NCBI GenBank assembly: GCA_965213925.1 | Contig: OZ243927.1 | Coordinates: forward strand, 2,976,001 to 3,040,000 | Source: Trueperaceae bacterium | GTDB taxonomy: Bacteria; Deinococcota; Deinococci; Deinococcales; Trueperaceae | Direction: 5' to 3' | Length of the DNA: 64,000 bases | In this document: positions 29,857 through 39,550 of the stretch, piece by piece | Position numbering within the stretch: position 1 is the first letter of the stretch | How the letters are laid out: each line of letters begins with the position of its first letter | Notes under the pieces: generated by a model | Databases searched by the model: none | Seen by the model: the letters and a program-made list of their open reading frames with translations, nothing else | Told to the model about the DNA's origin: nothing | Made by a program: the position numbers and the translations under genes

Positions 29857-30091
29857 CGTCCCACCGTCGGGCCGAGAAGGTTGGCGTGAAGAGGGCGTAA
29901 GAGGTGGATGGTATTATCGCTCTTGATACGATGCCACGAAGACATTCCGAAAACAACGCGCACCTACCTTTGCAAGGCGTGTTGCCGCATAGCGGTAGCG
30001 CTGACCGGTACTCGCATCCGCACGGTTTTGGTTGCCACACCTGGCGATCAAAATTGCACATGCTCCTTAACTGCGTCCCTGTGCCGACCTT

Positions 30092-31198
30092 ATGAGCGTG
30101 GGCTGGCTCTGGTGGCTGGCGACGGGTTTTGTCGGCGTGCAGCTTCTGACGCTGCTCTCCAATCTCTCGACCTTTCCAGTTCTGAAAGCCGCGCGAGAGG
30201 TTGAAACGACCCTACCTCAAGTTCCCAAAGTCTCCATTCTCATCCCCGCTCGCAACGAAGAGGACAACTTGCCCGTGACGCTGCCGCGCATTCTGGCGCA
30301 ACAAGGTATCTACGAAGTGCTCGTCTTAGACGACGATTCGCAAGACCGAACCGCTGAGGTATTGGCGCTCTTCGCGGCGCAGTATCCGAAGCTTAGGGCA
30401 CTACAAGGCGAAGCGCCGCCGGGGGGCTGGAACGGCAAGAACTGGGCGTGCGAGCAGCTCGCCAACGCCGCCTCGGGGACACTGCTCATCTTTACAGACG
30501 CCGACGTGCTGTGGGAGGCGGGAGCGCTCTTAGGGTTGCTCGAGTTCCAGCAAACCCAAAAAGCCGCCTTTGTCAGCGTGTGGCCCCGCCAAATCACACG
30601 CACCTTCAAAGAACGACTCTACGTTCCTATCGTCGACCTTATCTTGCTCGGCTGGTTGCCTTACATAGGCGTCAAACATCTCCCCTTCGGCGCGTTCTCA
30701 GCGGGCAACGGTCAGCTCATGCTCTGGACGCGGCGGGCATATCGGCGCGTCGGCGGGCACAAAGCGTTCAAAGGAGAGGTTTTAGAGGACGTGCGCATGG
30801 GGCAAGCGGCGAAGCGCCAGGGGTTGCGTGTGGCGTTAGCTTTGGGCGGCGACATGTTGAGCACGCGGATGTACAAAAATGAAAACGAGATTTTAGAAGG
30901 GTTCAGCAAGAATATCCTATCCGCGCACGGCAACAGCCGCCCCTTTTTGGCGCTCTCGCTCGCGTTGAATACGCTCGCCTATACGCTTTCGTGGGTTTTC
31001 GCGCTCATCAATCCGCTCTGGCTCGTTCCTGCTGCTCTAGGTGTCTTCCAGCGCGGTTTGACCGCTTACAAAACGCACCGAACGCCTTTGGAAGCGTTTT
31101 TGCAACCGTTGGCGGCGTACCCGCTCCTGCGTGTCGGCGTGCGGGCACTTTTGCGCAACGGGCGCTATGCGTGGCGAGGGCGTGAATATGAAGGGTGA
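30092..31198 (+). CDS. Glycosyltransferase family 2 (CruC-type carotenoid glucosyltransferase)
   Basis: IPARNEE, DDDS.D, GWNGKNWAC, FTDAD, GNGQ, LED. Confidence 0.88.
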   Translation: MSVGWLWWLATGFVGVQLLTLLSNLSTFPVLKAAREVETTLPQVPKVSILIPARNEEDNLPVTLPRILAQQGIYEVLVLDDDSQDRTAEVLALFAAQYPKLRALQGEAPPGGWNGKNWACEQLANAASGTLLIFTDADVLWEAGALLGLLEFQQTQKAAFVSVWPRQITRTFKERLYVPIVDLILLGWLPYIGVKHLPFGAFSAGNGQLMLWTRRAYRRVGGHKAFKGEVLEDVRMGQAAKRQGLRVALALGGDMLSTRMYKNENEILEGFSKNILSAHGNSRPFLALSLALNTLAYTLSWVFALINPLWLVPAALGVFQRGLTAYKTHRTPLEAFLQPLAAYPLLRVGVRALLRNGRYAWRGREYEG

Positions 31199-32609
31199 GA
31201 AGAGGTCGGTGAAGTCGGCGCTCGTACTCGGCGGCGGCTTCGCTGGGTTGTCGGCGGCGGTTCACTTGGCACTCGAGGGGCGAGAGGTCACGCTCTTAGA
31301 GCAAGCCCCCTCGCTCGGCGGCAAAGCGGGCGAATACGCTGAGTCGGGCTACCGCTTCGACATCGGACCGAGCGTGTGGACGCTGCCGCATATCGTCACC
31401 GACCTCTTCGAACGAGCGGGGGAAACGCCGCCTGTATTCAAATCCTTAGAGCCACTTTGTCGCTACCGCTTTGGGAGTGGGCGCGTGTGGGACGTATACC
31501 GCGACGTGAAAAAAACGACGGCGCAACTCAGCGGCGAAGAAGCGCAGGTTTACCGCAACTTAGTCGCGGAGGCGCGTGCACTTTACGAGGCGGCCGCGCC
31601 GACGTTCCTCTACGACCAAGCGCCGGGGCTCACTGCTTTGGCACGCTACGGGCTCCAGCACGGGCTCCGAGCGCATCCTTTTAAGAGGTTGCCGGGTTTG
31701 CTCGAGTCACTAGGCGCACAAGGCGACCTCAAAACCTTTTTCCTGCGCTTCGCCACCTATTTCGGCGCGGACCCCCACCGCGCCCCGGCGGTACTACACA
31801 ATATTGCTTGGACCGAATTGGGGTTGGGCGCGTACTACCCCGAAGGGGGCATTCGAGGTTTAGTCAACCAGCTCTGTGCTTTGGCTAAAAAGCTCGGCGT
31901 CGAAATCTTGACCGAAACGAAGGTGGAGCGGCTCGAGACTCACGCTAACCTCCTGAAAGTCCACACCTCGAGAGGTCTCTTCAAAGCCGACACCGTCATC
32001 TCCTCGCTCGATATCATCCGTACATACCAGCTTTTGGGGAGGAGGACGAGACGAGAGAGGCTCGAGCCCTCCTTGTCCGGCTTCGTCCTCTTGCTTGGAT
32101 TAAGAGGTCAAACGCCAGGGCTCACCCACCACAACATCCTCTTTCCGAAGGACTACCGCGCTGAATTCGAAGAGGTCAAGCGCGGCGAACTACCCCGTGA
32201 CCCGACGCTCTATGTGTCGATAAGTAGCAAATCTCAGTTGGACGACGCGCCGCGTGGGGGCGAAAACTGGTTCGTGTTGGCGAACGCGCCTGCTGTGTCG
32301 GAAGAGGTCAGCTACGATGAGGAACGCTACGCGGAGCATCTTATTGACCTCTTGGAGCGGCGCGGCTTGGCGGTGAGAAAGCGGCTCGAGGTCCAGAAAA
32401 TCTTCCCGCCGCGCTACCTCACCACGCTCGCCCATAGGGGCAGCATCTACGGCGCGGCTCCGCACTCACTCCTGCAAACCTTGCGTCCGAAACAGACGGT
32501 TCACGGCATACAAAACCTCTTTTTGGCAGGTGGCAGCGTGCATCCAGGGGGCGGGATTCCTTTGGCACTTCTTTCAGGGAAGCACGCGGCGGCGCTGGCG
32601 CTTAAATGA
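31188..32609 (+). CDS. CrtI/CrtD-family carotenoid desaturase
   Basis: GGGFAGL FAD motif, GYRFDIGPS, GGSVHPGGGIP. Confidence 0.9.
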   Translation: MKGEKRSVKSALVLGGGFAGLSAAVHLALEGREVTLLEQAPSLGGKAGEYAESGYRFDIGPSVWTLPHIVTDLFERAGETPPVFKSLEPLCRYRFGSGRVWDVYRDVKKTTAQLSGEEAQVYRNLVAEARALYEAAAPTFLYDQAPGLTALARYGLQHGLRAHPFKRLPGLLESLGAQGDLKTFFLRFATYFGADPHRAPAVLHNIAWTELGLGAYYPEGGIRGLVNQLCALAKKLGVEILTETKVERLETHANLLKVHTSRGLFKADTVISSLDIIRTYQLLGRRTRRERLEPSLSGFVLLLGLRGQTPGLTHHNILFPKDYRAEFEEVKRGELPRDPTLYVSISSKSQLDDAPRGGENWFVLANAPAVSEEVSYDEERYAEHLIDLLERRGLAVRKRLEVQKIFPPRYLTTLAHRGSIYGAAPHSLLQTLRPKQTVHGIQNLFLAGGSVHPGGGIPLALLSGKHAAALALK

Positions 32610-32640
32610 CCTCTTTGACCTCTTGCAATACTGTGAGCGA

Positions 32641-32664
32641 AACAAGGGGTTGCAACCCCTTGTT
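32641..32664. repeat. REP-like palindrome
   Basis: Perfect palindrome AACAAGGGGTTGCAACCCCTTGTT; related copy at 54585. Confidence 0.7.
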
Positions 32665-32672
32665 TTATGAAA

Positions 32673-33971
32673 CTACGGACAAGACGCCACTCGAGCGTAG
32701 TACCCTTCTCGCACCTCTTCCAAGCTCGTCGTCCGGGTTGCGTAGCCGAGCCAGCGGTACGAGCCTCTCGCGGAGTAGCTCTCCCAGGGCTCGAGCCCGA
32801 TCTGAACCGCCCGGTCTGCGGCGTAGTGCGCGGCGTTCGTGTCCGTCCAGCAGGTTACGTTTCCGTCATCACCGCCACCATCACCGTCACCATCACCGCC
32901 ATCGTCCCCGCCTCCATTGTCGCCACCATCCTCACCCGCTTCCGCGACGATGCCCCAAAAACGCCCGATGTAGTAGCTCGAGCAGATGTTCACGTCTAAG
33001 ATGTACGCCCCCGCCTGTCCGCATTCTGCCTCCGCTGAGCCGGGATCAACGGGTGTGCCGTGCCCCATGCCCGTCAAGCTGTAGGTTTCGACCACGTCTA
33101 CGCCGTCCTTTTGGTAGACCTTATGCGGGTAGCCCTCTACCGTGTCCGACACGTCGGCTTGCTGGTCCGCGCCGTGCACGTTCGTCCACTGCTCCATTGC
33201 CTCTCGCAAATTTGCGTCTCTCACGGTATAGTCCGCGTCGCCGTGCCAAATGGAGACCTTCGGCTGAGGACCCGAATAGTTCGATGCACCTCTTACCAAG
33301 TCGCCCCAAGCCTTCGGCGTTTTGTTCGCGCCAGGGTTCATGCAGCTAAAAGCGTTCACCAGACCCACGCCGCACCTGTACGGTCCGCCTGCGATGACGC
33401 CGCCGCCCGCGAACACGTCGGGATACGTCGCCAGCATCACCGTCGTCATGAAGCCGCCCGCCGAGAGACCCGTGACGAAAACGCGCTCCGAATCGAGACC
33501 GTAGTCTGAGACCATTTTGTTCACCATCCGCTTAATGGAGAGCGGCTCACCCGCACCTCTACGGATGTCGCCGGATTCGAACCAGTTGAAACAGGCATTT
33601 TGGTTGTTGGCGCTCTTCTGCTCAGGGAAGAGGAGGGCGAAGCCGTCCTTATCCGCGTATTTCGCCCAACCCGCGCCGTTCGCGTAGACGCTCGCGGACT
33701 GCGTGCAGCCGTGCAGTGCGACGACGAGTGGCGCGTTCGTAGGTAGATTATTCGGCACGTAGCGGAACATGCGCAGGTTGCCGGGGTTGGAGCCGAAATT
33801 GGCGACTTGCTCTAACGTCACCACCTGGGTTGTCAGTTCAGCCGAGAGGTCTGAATCTGACGCACACGCACTGAGAACGAGCAGGCATAATATGAATAAA
33901 CATAACAGGTAGTTTAGCGAACGAAACGAAAAACGGTCCACACCCATCACCTCATCTTTCGCGGTATTCAT
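32673..33971 (-). CDS. Extracellular PHB-depolymerase-family esterase lipoprotein with C-terminal substrate-binding domain
   Basis: Lipobox LSAC, NPGNL, LHGCTQ, GLSAG, WHG.AD, GMGH; Gly/Asp linker; N..H....RA..GS..LG domain. Start uncertain. Confidence 0.88.
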   Translation of the reverse strand: MNTAKDEVMGVDRFSFRSLNYLLCLFILCLLVLSACASDSDLSAELTTQVVTLEQVANFGSNPGNLRMFRYVPNNLPTNAPLVVALHGCTQSASVYANGAGWAKYADKDGFALLFPEQKSANNQNACFNWFESGDIRRGAGEPLSIKRMVNKMVSDYGLDSERVFVTGLSAGGFMTTVMLATYPDVFAGGGVIAGGPYRCGVGLVNAFSCMNPGANKTPKAWGDLVRGASNYSGPQPKVSIWHGDADYTVRDANLREAMEQWTNVHGADQQADVSDTVEGYPHKVYQKDGVDVVETYSLTGMGHGTPVDPGSAEAECGQAGAYILDVNICSSYYIGRFWGIVAEAGEDGGDNGGGDDGGDGDGDGGGDDGNVTCWTDTNAAHYAADRAVQIGLEPWESYSARGSYRWLGYATRTTSLEEVREGYYARVASCP

Positions 33972-34127
33972 CCAGCATTCGCGCTACACTATGCAGGAAA
34001 CTGTGCAGAAAGTCGTGCACGCGAGCGCATTTTATCCGGGATACACCCTTAATTTTGCCTAGACTCCGCAAGGCTAGCATGGACGAGCGACCTCTTGTTA
34101 GAGCGTTCTTCGCAAAAAGAACACAAG

Positions 34128-34178
34128 TTGACGCTCCGCCCCACTTCGTGTATTCTGACGACTGATTCAGGTCTCAGT
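34128..34178 (+). promoter_or_regulatory. Sigma70 promoter with probable TetR operator
   Basis: TTGACG-17-TATTCT followed by ACTGA-N8-TCAGT. Confidence 0.65.
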
Positions 34179-34257
34179 TTTAGAGATAAGCGGCTTCATT
34201 GAACTCGAGCCCCGCGTTCGCCGCATCCTCTAATTTCGGAAAGGGTACTTAACGCAT

Positions 34258-34854
34258 ATGCCCGATTTGCCCCAACCCACCACCCCTCGCGGCGAAGCCA
34301 CGCGGCAAAAGCTCCTCGACGCCGCCGAAGCAGAGTTCGGCACGAAGGGATTTTCTAAGGCGTCGGTCTCGAGCATCACCAGCCGCGCCGAGGTTGGGCA
34401 AGGGACGTTTTACCTCTACTTCCCCTCCAAAGAGAGTATTTTACGCGAACTCGTGCGGCGCATGGGGCGCGAACTGCGTAGGGCGCTCGCTGAGGCGACG
34501 ACGGGGTTGGAAAACAGGCTCGAGCTAGAACGCGCCGGTTTAGTCGCTTTCGCCCGCTTTAGCCTAGAAAACGGCAACCTCTACCGCGTGGTGATGGAGT
34601 CGCAGTTCGTGGACGAAGCCATCTACCGCGAGTATTACGAGACGCTCCTGTCTGCGTACAAAACGGGCTTGGAGACCGCCCAGGCTGACGGACAGATTCG
34701 CCCCGGCGACGCTGAAGCGCAAGCCTGGGCGCTCATGGGCGTGTCGCACTTTTTAGGATTGCGCTACGCGATTTGGCAGGGCTGCGAGCCGCCCGAGAGC
34801 GCTATCGAGACGACCTTCGATTTTATCAGGCGTGGGCTCGAGGTGAAGGCGTGA
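34258..34854 (+). CDS. TetR family regulator
   Basis: AEVGQGTFYLYFPSKE helix-turn-helix. Confidence 0.93.
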   Translation: MPDLPQPTTPRGEATRQKLLDAAEAEFGTKGFSKASVSSITSRAEVGQGTFYLYFPSKESILRELVRRMGRELRRALAEATTGLENRLELERAGLVAFARFSLENGNLYRVVMESQFVDEAIYREYYETLLSAYKTGLETAQADGQIRPGDAEAQAWALMGVSHFLGLRYAIWQGCEPPESAIETTFDFIRRGLEVKA

Positions 34855-36371
34855 ACCGCTTCGATATTGCCGCAAGGCGCGCCGTGCTGACGCCGAAGCG
34901 CAAGGCGCTCTATTTTGAAGGGCGCTGGTACGCCTACGCCGAGCTTGACGAACGAGCACGTAAGCTCGCCGGGCAGCTTCAGCAAAGAGGTGTCCAAAAG
35001 GGCGACAGGGTCAGCATTTTGGCGCACAACCACCTCGCGCATGTAGACCTGATTTTAGCAACCGCGAAGCTGGGCTTTGTCTACGCGCCTTTTAACATTC
35101 GGTTGAGCACAGAGGAGCAGCGAGAGGTGGCGGCGTATCTGCGCCCTACACTCCTCTTTTACGACGAGACGCATGAGGAGAAAGCTGAGGGGACGGGACT
35201 GGGGCTTGTTTCGCTCGAGCACTACAATCAGTGGCTCCGAGCCGACTCCCTTACCTTTCCTAACATTGAGCTAAGCGGCGAAGACATTCAGATGATTCTC
35301 CTTACGAGCGGCAGCGCGGGGCGTCCTCGGGGCGTGATGCAACCCTACCGCCAGGGCTTCACTAACGCGGTCAACACCGTTTTTTCCTGGGGGCTACGCG
35401 AGGACGACTGCGCGGTTCAAGCGACGCCTTGCTTCCACGCAGGCGTGAACGCGCTCACGGTGCCGCTGCTGCATATGGGGGCCCGAGTGGTTTTACAGTC
35501 CAGCTTTGACGCCGGGGCGTATCTCGACCTCTTGCAGAAGACGAACGCAACTGTAATGTTTATGGTCCCGGCGATGTACCGCATGGTCAAAGACCATCCA
35601 GACTTTGCAGACGCCGATTTGAGCGGCGTACGCTGGGCGATTTCAGGGGGCGCACCCTGCCCCGCGCCCGTCCGCGAAGCATTTACGCAAAGAGGTGTTC
35701 CGTTCAAACAGGGCTACGGGCTCACCGAGGCGGGCGTCAACTGCTTCTCTATCCAAACGGACGAGGCGGCGGCGCGTCCTGACTCAGTCGGGAAGCCTAT
35801 TTTCTATAGCGACGCGGTGATTCGCAGTGAGACGGGCGAAGCTGTTTCGTCAAATGAGGTTGGCGAACTCACGCTGAGCGGTCCACACCTCTTTAGCGGC
35901 TACTTTGAGCGCCCTCAAGACACGGCGGACGCGCTTAAAGAGGGCTGGCTCTGGACGGGCGACCTCGCGGTGAGAGACGACGAAGGCTTTTTTACCGTCG
36001 TCGGGCGGCGCAAAGAGATGTTTATCTCGGGCGGCGAAAACGTCTTCCCAGTCGAGGTGGAAACCGCGCTCTACACCCACGCTGCGGTTGCCGAGTGCGC
36101 CGTCTTGGGCGTGCCCGACGCGCAGTGGGGTGAGGTGGGGCTCGCGGCAATCGTCCTAAAAGATAGAGTCCTCAGTGAAGAGGTCAGCGAAGACGCGCTC
36201 AGAACCTATCTCGAGGAAAAACTCGCCAAGTACAAAGTGCCCAAACACATCCGTTTCGTCGAGACGTTGCCCAAAAGCGGCGCAGGTAAAATTCAGAAAA
36301 CAGCGCTGACCTCTTTGGCGCTGGCTTCATCTTTAGATTCAGGGGCTTTAGGTTCGGAGTTCTCAAAATGA
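34851..36371 (+). CDS. Acyl-CoA synthetase (AMP-binding)
   Basis: TSGSAGRP, GYGLTE, TGDL, ISGGENVFP, LPK...GK. Confidence 0.92.
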   Translation: MNRFDIAARRAVLTPKRKALYFEGRWYAYAELDERARKLAGQLQQRGVQKGDRVSILAHNHLAHVDLILATAKLGFVYAPFNIRLSTEEQREVAAYLRPTLLFYDETHEEKAEGTGLGLVSLEHYNQWLRADSLTFPNIELSGEDIQMILLTSGSAGRPRGVMQPYRQGFTNAVNTVFSWGLREDDCAVQATPCFHAGVNALTVPLLHMGARVVLQSSFDAGAYLDLLQKTNATVMFMVPAMYRMVKDHPDFADADLSGVRWAISGGAPCPAPVREAFTQRGVPFKQGYGLTEAGVNCFSIQTDEAAARPDSVGKPIFYSDAVIRSETGEAVSSNEVGELTLSGPHLFSGYFERPQDTADALKEGWLWTGDLAVRDDEGFFTVVGRRKEMFISGGENVFPVEVETALYTHAAVAECAVLGVPDAQWGEVGLAAIVLKDRVLSEEVSEDALRTYLEEKLAKYKVPKHIRFVETLPKSGAGKIQKTALTSLALASSLDSGALGSEFSK

Positions 36372-36619
36372 GCGAGCGCGACCTCATCCTCTGGATGCTG
36401 AGGCTCATTATTGGCGTCGGTCTGGTCTACGGTCTTCTCTTTGCAAGGCCCAAACTCTTCTCTCGCTTTCGCCGCGTCGGAGGCTGGAAAGCGCTTCTCG
36501 TGCGCGTCGTCCTGCTGCTCTGGCTGCTCGTCATCGTCGGCTACTTCGGCATCTTTTTACCAAGATTTCAGCAAGAATTATTTGGACACGAAAGGACACT
36601 ATGCCCAACACTCGCGTAA
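36368..36619 (+). CDS. Small two-TM hypothetical protein
   Basis: ATGA coupling to the previous gene; two hydrophobic segments. Confidence 0.6.
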   Translation: MSERDLILWMLRLIIGVGLVYGLLFARPKLFSRFRRVGGWKALLVRVVLLLWLLVIVGYFGIFLPRFQQELFGHERTLCPTLA

Positions 36620-37416
36620 ACGGCGTGAATCTCTACTACAAGCGCGGCGGGAACCAAGAGAGCGAGACGATTGTCTTTATCAACGGTCTCACGATGGACA
36701 CCACCGCGTGGGAGGGTGCGGCGCATTATTTGGAAGATACGTGCACTACCCTTCGCTACGATTGCCGAGGGCAAGGCGAATCGGAGAAGCCGGAGGGACC
36801 CTATACGCCGCAGCAACATAAAGAGGATTTGTTAGGGCTATTAGAAGCGTTGGAACTGGGGGAGGTCCACCTCGTCGGGCTAAGTAACGGCGGCATCATC
36901 GCCTCGCTCGCGGCGGCGGAGTTGGGCGCGGAGCGGGTTAAGACCCTCACCGTCGTGGATTCATTCAGCCAGATGGACGCTGTCATGCGGAGCATCTTGC
37001 GCGGCTGGAAAGCGGCAACCCAGGCGGGCGGCTCCGGCTTGCGCTTCGACGTGGCGACACCCTGGGTCTGGGGGCACACCTTTATGAATCAGCACGCCGA
37101 CGAGATCGCTTCGTACCGAGACAAGGCGGCGCAAGCGGACGCGGCGGTGATTGGCTATCTTATCGACGGTCTGGCAAGCTTCGAGAGTTCGCTGGAAGAG
37201 GTCAGTCGTTATGGCGGACCTCTTTTGGCTATTGTTGGCGAAGAGGACATCTTGACGCCAAAACGCTGCAGCGAGGAGACCGTAGCGGCGGCGCAGCGGG
37301 GCAAACTCACCGTGTTGGATAGGGCGGGACACGCCGCGCCGATCGAGCGTCCGGAAGAGATGGCGGACCTCTTGCGCGACTTCATCACTCAGCCTGACGA
37401 GGTATTGGAATCATGA
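36601..37416 (+). CDS. Alpha/beta hydrolase (PcaD-like)
   Basis: YDCRGQG, GLSNGG, GEED, GH. Confidence 0.9.
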   Translation: MPNTRVNGVNLYYKRGGNQESETIVFINGLTMDTTAWEGAAHYLEDTCTTLRYDCRGQGESEKPEGPYTPQQHKEDLLGLLEALELGEVHLVGLSNGGIIASLAAAELGAERVKTLTVVDSFSQMDAVMRSILRGWKAATQAGGSGLRFDVATPWVWGHTFMNQHADEIASYRDKAAQADAAVIGYLIDGLASFESSLEEVSRYGGPLLAIVGEEDILTPKRCSEETVAAAQRGKLTVLDRAGHAAPIERPEEMADLLRDFITQPDEVLES

Positions 37417-38213
37417 TCGCCGACGTTCGCACGCAAAGCGTCAACCTCAGTGGCGTAGAGGTTGTCTATCAGGAGTCAGGCACCGGACGCCCTCTAGTCT
37501 GCGTTCACGGTAACTTCGCGAGCAAGCGCTGGTTCACCGAGCAGCTCAAAGCGCCGCCGGAAGGCTGGCGCGTCCTGGCGCTCGACTTGCCGAACTTCGG
37601 CGAGTCAGACACGCTGGAGGGCAACATCAGTATCGGGGCGTACGCCGATGTGCTGAACGACTTCGTGAAGGTGCTGGACCTCTCCACTTTCGCCCTCATG
37701 GGTCACTCTTTAGGCGGCGGCGTCGCGCAGGTCTACGCCGCTCGCCAGCCCAATACGCTGAGCGCTCTCGTCCTTATCGCCGCCGCCGGACCGAGCGGGC
37801 TGGTCACGCCCGAGGAGCGCTACACGGGTTTAGAGATGCTCAAGGACAACCCCGGACTCATGGCGAGCGCCTTGGAGCCGACGATGCCGACGGGCAAGCC
37901 ATCTTATTTCGGCGACATCGTCGAAGACGCCCTGAAGATGAACCCCAACGCCTTTAGCGGCAACGCGCGGGCGCTCGAGCACTACAACGTAAGGAGCGCC
38001 CTTAGAGAGGTCACGTGTCCCGTTCTCGTCATTCGCGGCGAACAGGACTACCTCGTGTCGGAGGAGATGGCGAGGGAGACGGCGGCGGCGCTTACGGAGG
38101 CGTCTGAAGAGGTGAGGCTCGAGCTGTGGAAGCACATCGGTCATTCCCCGCAGATCGAAGACCCCGAGCGGTTCAACCACCTCTTGGCAGAGTTTTTGAA
38201 AGGAGCGACATGA
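37413..38213 (+). CDS. Alpha/beta hydrolase
   Basis: HGN, GHSLGG, GEQD, GHSP. Confidence 0.9.
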   Translation: MIADVRTQSVNLSGVEVVYQESGTGRPLVCVHGNFASKRWFTEQLKAPPEGWRVLALDLPNFGESDTLEGNISIGAYADVLNDFVKVLDLSTFALMGHSLGGGVAQVYAARQPNTLSALVLIAAAGPSGLVTPEERYTGLEMLKDNPGLMASALEPTMPTGKPSYFGDIVEDALKMNPNAFSGNARALEHYNVRSALREVTCPVLVIRGEQDYLVSEEMARETAAALTEASEEVRLELWKHIGHSPQIEDPERFNHLLAEFLKGAT

Positions 38214-38225
38214 AAGGTTAAAGAG

Positions 38226-38292
38226 GAAAGGACTGAGAGAAAAGAAAAACCTAACAGCTAATTGCTAATCGCTAATACCTAACAGCTAATTT
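38226..38292. repeat. Chimeric heptamer array
   Basis: GAAAGGACTGAGAGAAAAG followed by CTAACAG CTAATTG CTAATCG CTAATAC CTAACAG CTAATTT. Confidence 0.85.
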
Positions 38293-38303
38293 AAGGAGAC
38301 ACC

Positions 38304-39497
38304 ATGAAGAAAAAGTTATGCATCCTCCTCGCCACACTCGCGCTGACGCTCGCGTACGCGCAGCCCGTGCAAATCGGCATTTTGAGCCCGCTCACCGGCG
38401 CGGCTGCGGGTACAGGGCAAGCACAACGCGCGGGCTTCGAACTCGCGCTAGAAGAGATCAACGCCGCTGGCGGCGTGCTCGGGGAGCCGCTGGAAATTAT
38501 CATCGAAGACACCCAAGCGGACCCCGCCGTGGCGCAAGCCGCCTTTGAAAAGTTGATGGTGGAAGACGGGGTGGCGTTTGTGGGTGGGGGGTACTCGAGC
38601 GGCGCGACCCTCGCACTTGTCGAGTCCATGCGCACCTTTCAGCCGCTCGTGTCCTGGATCGGCGGCGCGGTCTCGGGCGTCGGGATTGAGGGCTTCGACG
38701 GCATCGAGGAGCTTTTAGGCGAAGAACCTTGGTTCTTCCACGTCCACCCCTGGGACTACCACAACGTCGAGGCGGCGACAGGCTTTATCGGTGAAACGGG
38801 CGTGGAAAACGTCGCCCTATTGCACGAAGACTCCGCCTTCGGCGGTCCCGGTGCGGCAGGCGCAGAGGCGCTTATCGAAGAGCAAGGGATTGACGTACCG
38901 CTCCGCGAAGCCTTTAAGTCCACGCTTTTCGGCGGCACGGGCGACTTCCGCGCGGCGATTTCTAAAGCGGTGGCGACGGACCCCGACATGATCTACTGGA
39001 TCGGTTACGACTCGGACGTGGTGCCCATCATTTCGCAGCTTCGCGAGCTGAATGCTAGCCCGAGCCATATCTTCGGGGCTCCTCCAGGATGGCCCGCGCA
39101 GTTCGCCGGTGCGCCCGAAGCGTCGTGCGTCACGGGTCTGATCGGCTTCTTGCCCAACCTACCCACGCCCGAAGCGCAAGCGTTCACCGAGGCGTATAGA
39201 GCGATGCACGGCGGCGAGCCAGACAACTACATGGCGGCGCTCGCTTACGCGCAGCTCTGGTCCTTTGCCGACGCGATTAACGAAGCGGGCACGACGGACC
39301 AAGCCGCCGTCACCGAAGCGATGGAGAGCCTGACCTTCAACTCGCCGATGGGTGAATGGTCTTTTACTCAGTCCGAAATCACGCCGCACCAGGGCTTCGA
39401 CGAGAGCATGTGGCTCGTCTTCCAATATCAGAACGGCACGCGAGAAATCGTCTATCCGACGGCGCGGGCGACGGCTCCGCTCGAGTCCTGCCAATAA
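38304..39497 (+). CDS. Liv-type ABC substrate-binding protein
   Basis: Signal peptide; IG...PLTG, EINAAGGVLG. Confidence 0.9.
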   Translation: MKKKLCILLATLALTLAYAQPVQIGILSPLTGAAAGTGQAQRAGFELALEEINAAGGVLGEPLEIIIEDTQADPAVAQAAFEKLMVEDGVAFVGGGYSSGATLALVESMRTFQPLVSWIGGAVSGVGIEGFDGIEELLGEEPWFFHVHPWDYHNVEAATGFIGETGVENVALLHEDSAFGGPGAAGAEALIEEQGIDVPLREAFKSTLFGGTGDFRAAISKAVATDPDMIYWIGYDSDVVPIISQLRELNASPSHIFGAPPGWPAQFAGAPEASCVTGLIGFLPNLPTPEAQAFTEAYRAMHGGEPDNYMAALAYAQLWSFADAINEAGTTDQAAVTEAMESLTFNSPMGEWSFTQSEITPHQGFDESMWLVFQYQNGTREIVYPTARATAPLESCQ

Positions 39498-39512
39498 GGA
39501 TTTCGGGGCATC

Positions 39513-39540
39513 GTAGGGGGGATTCGTGAATCCCCCCTAC
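39513..39540. repeat. GTAG-type REP palindrome
   Basis: GTAGGGGGGATTC-GT-GAATCCCCCCTAC. Confidence 0.75.
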
Positions 39541-39550
39541 CCCGCATGTT

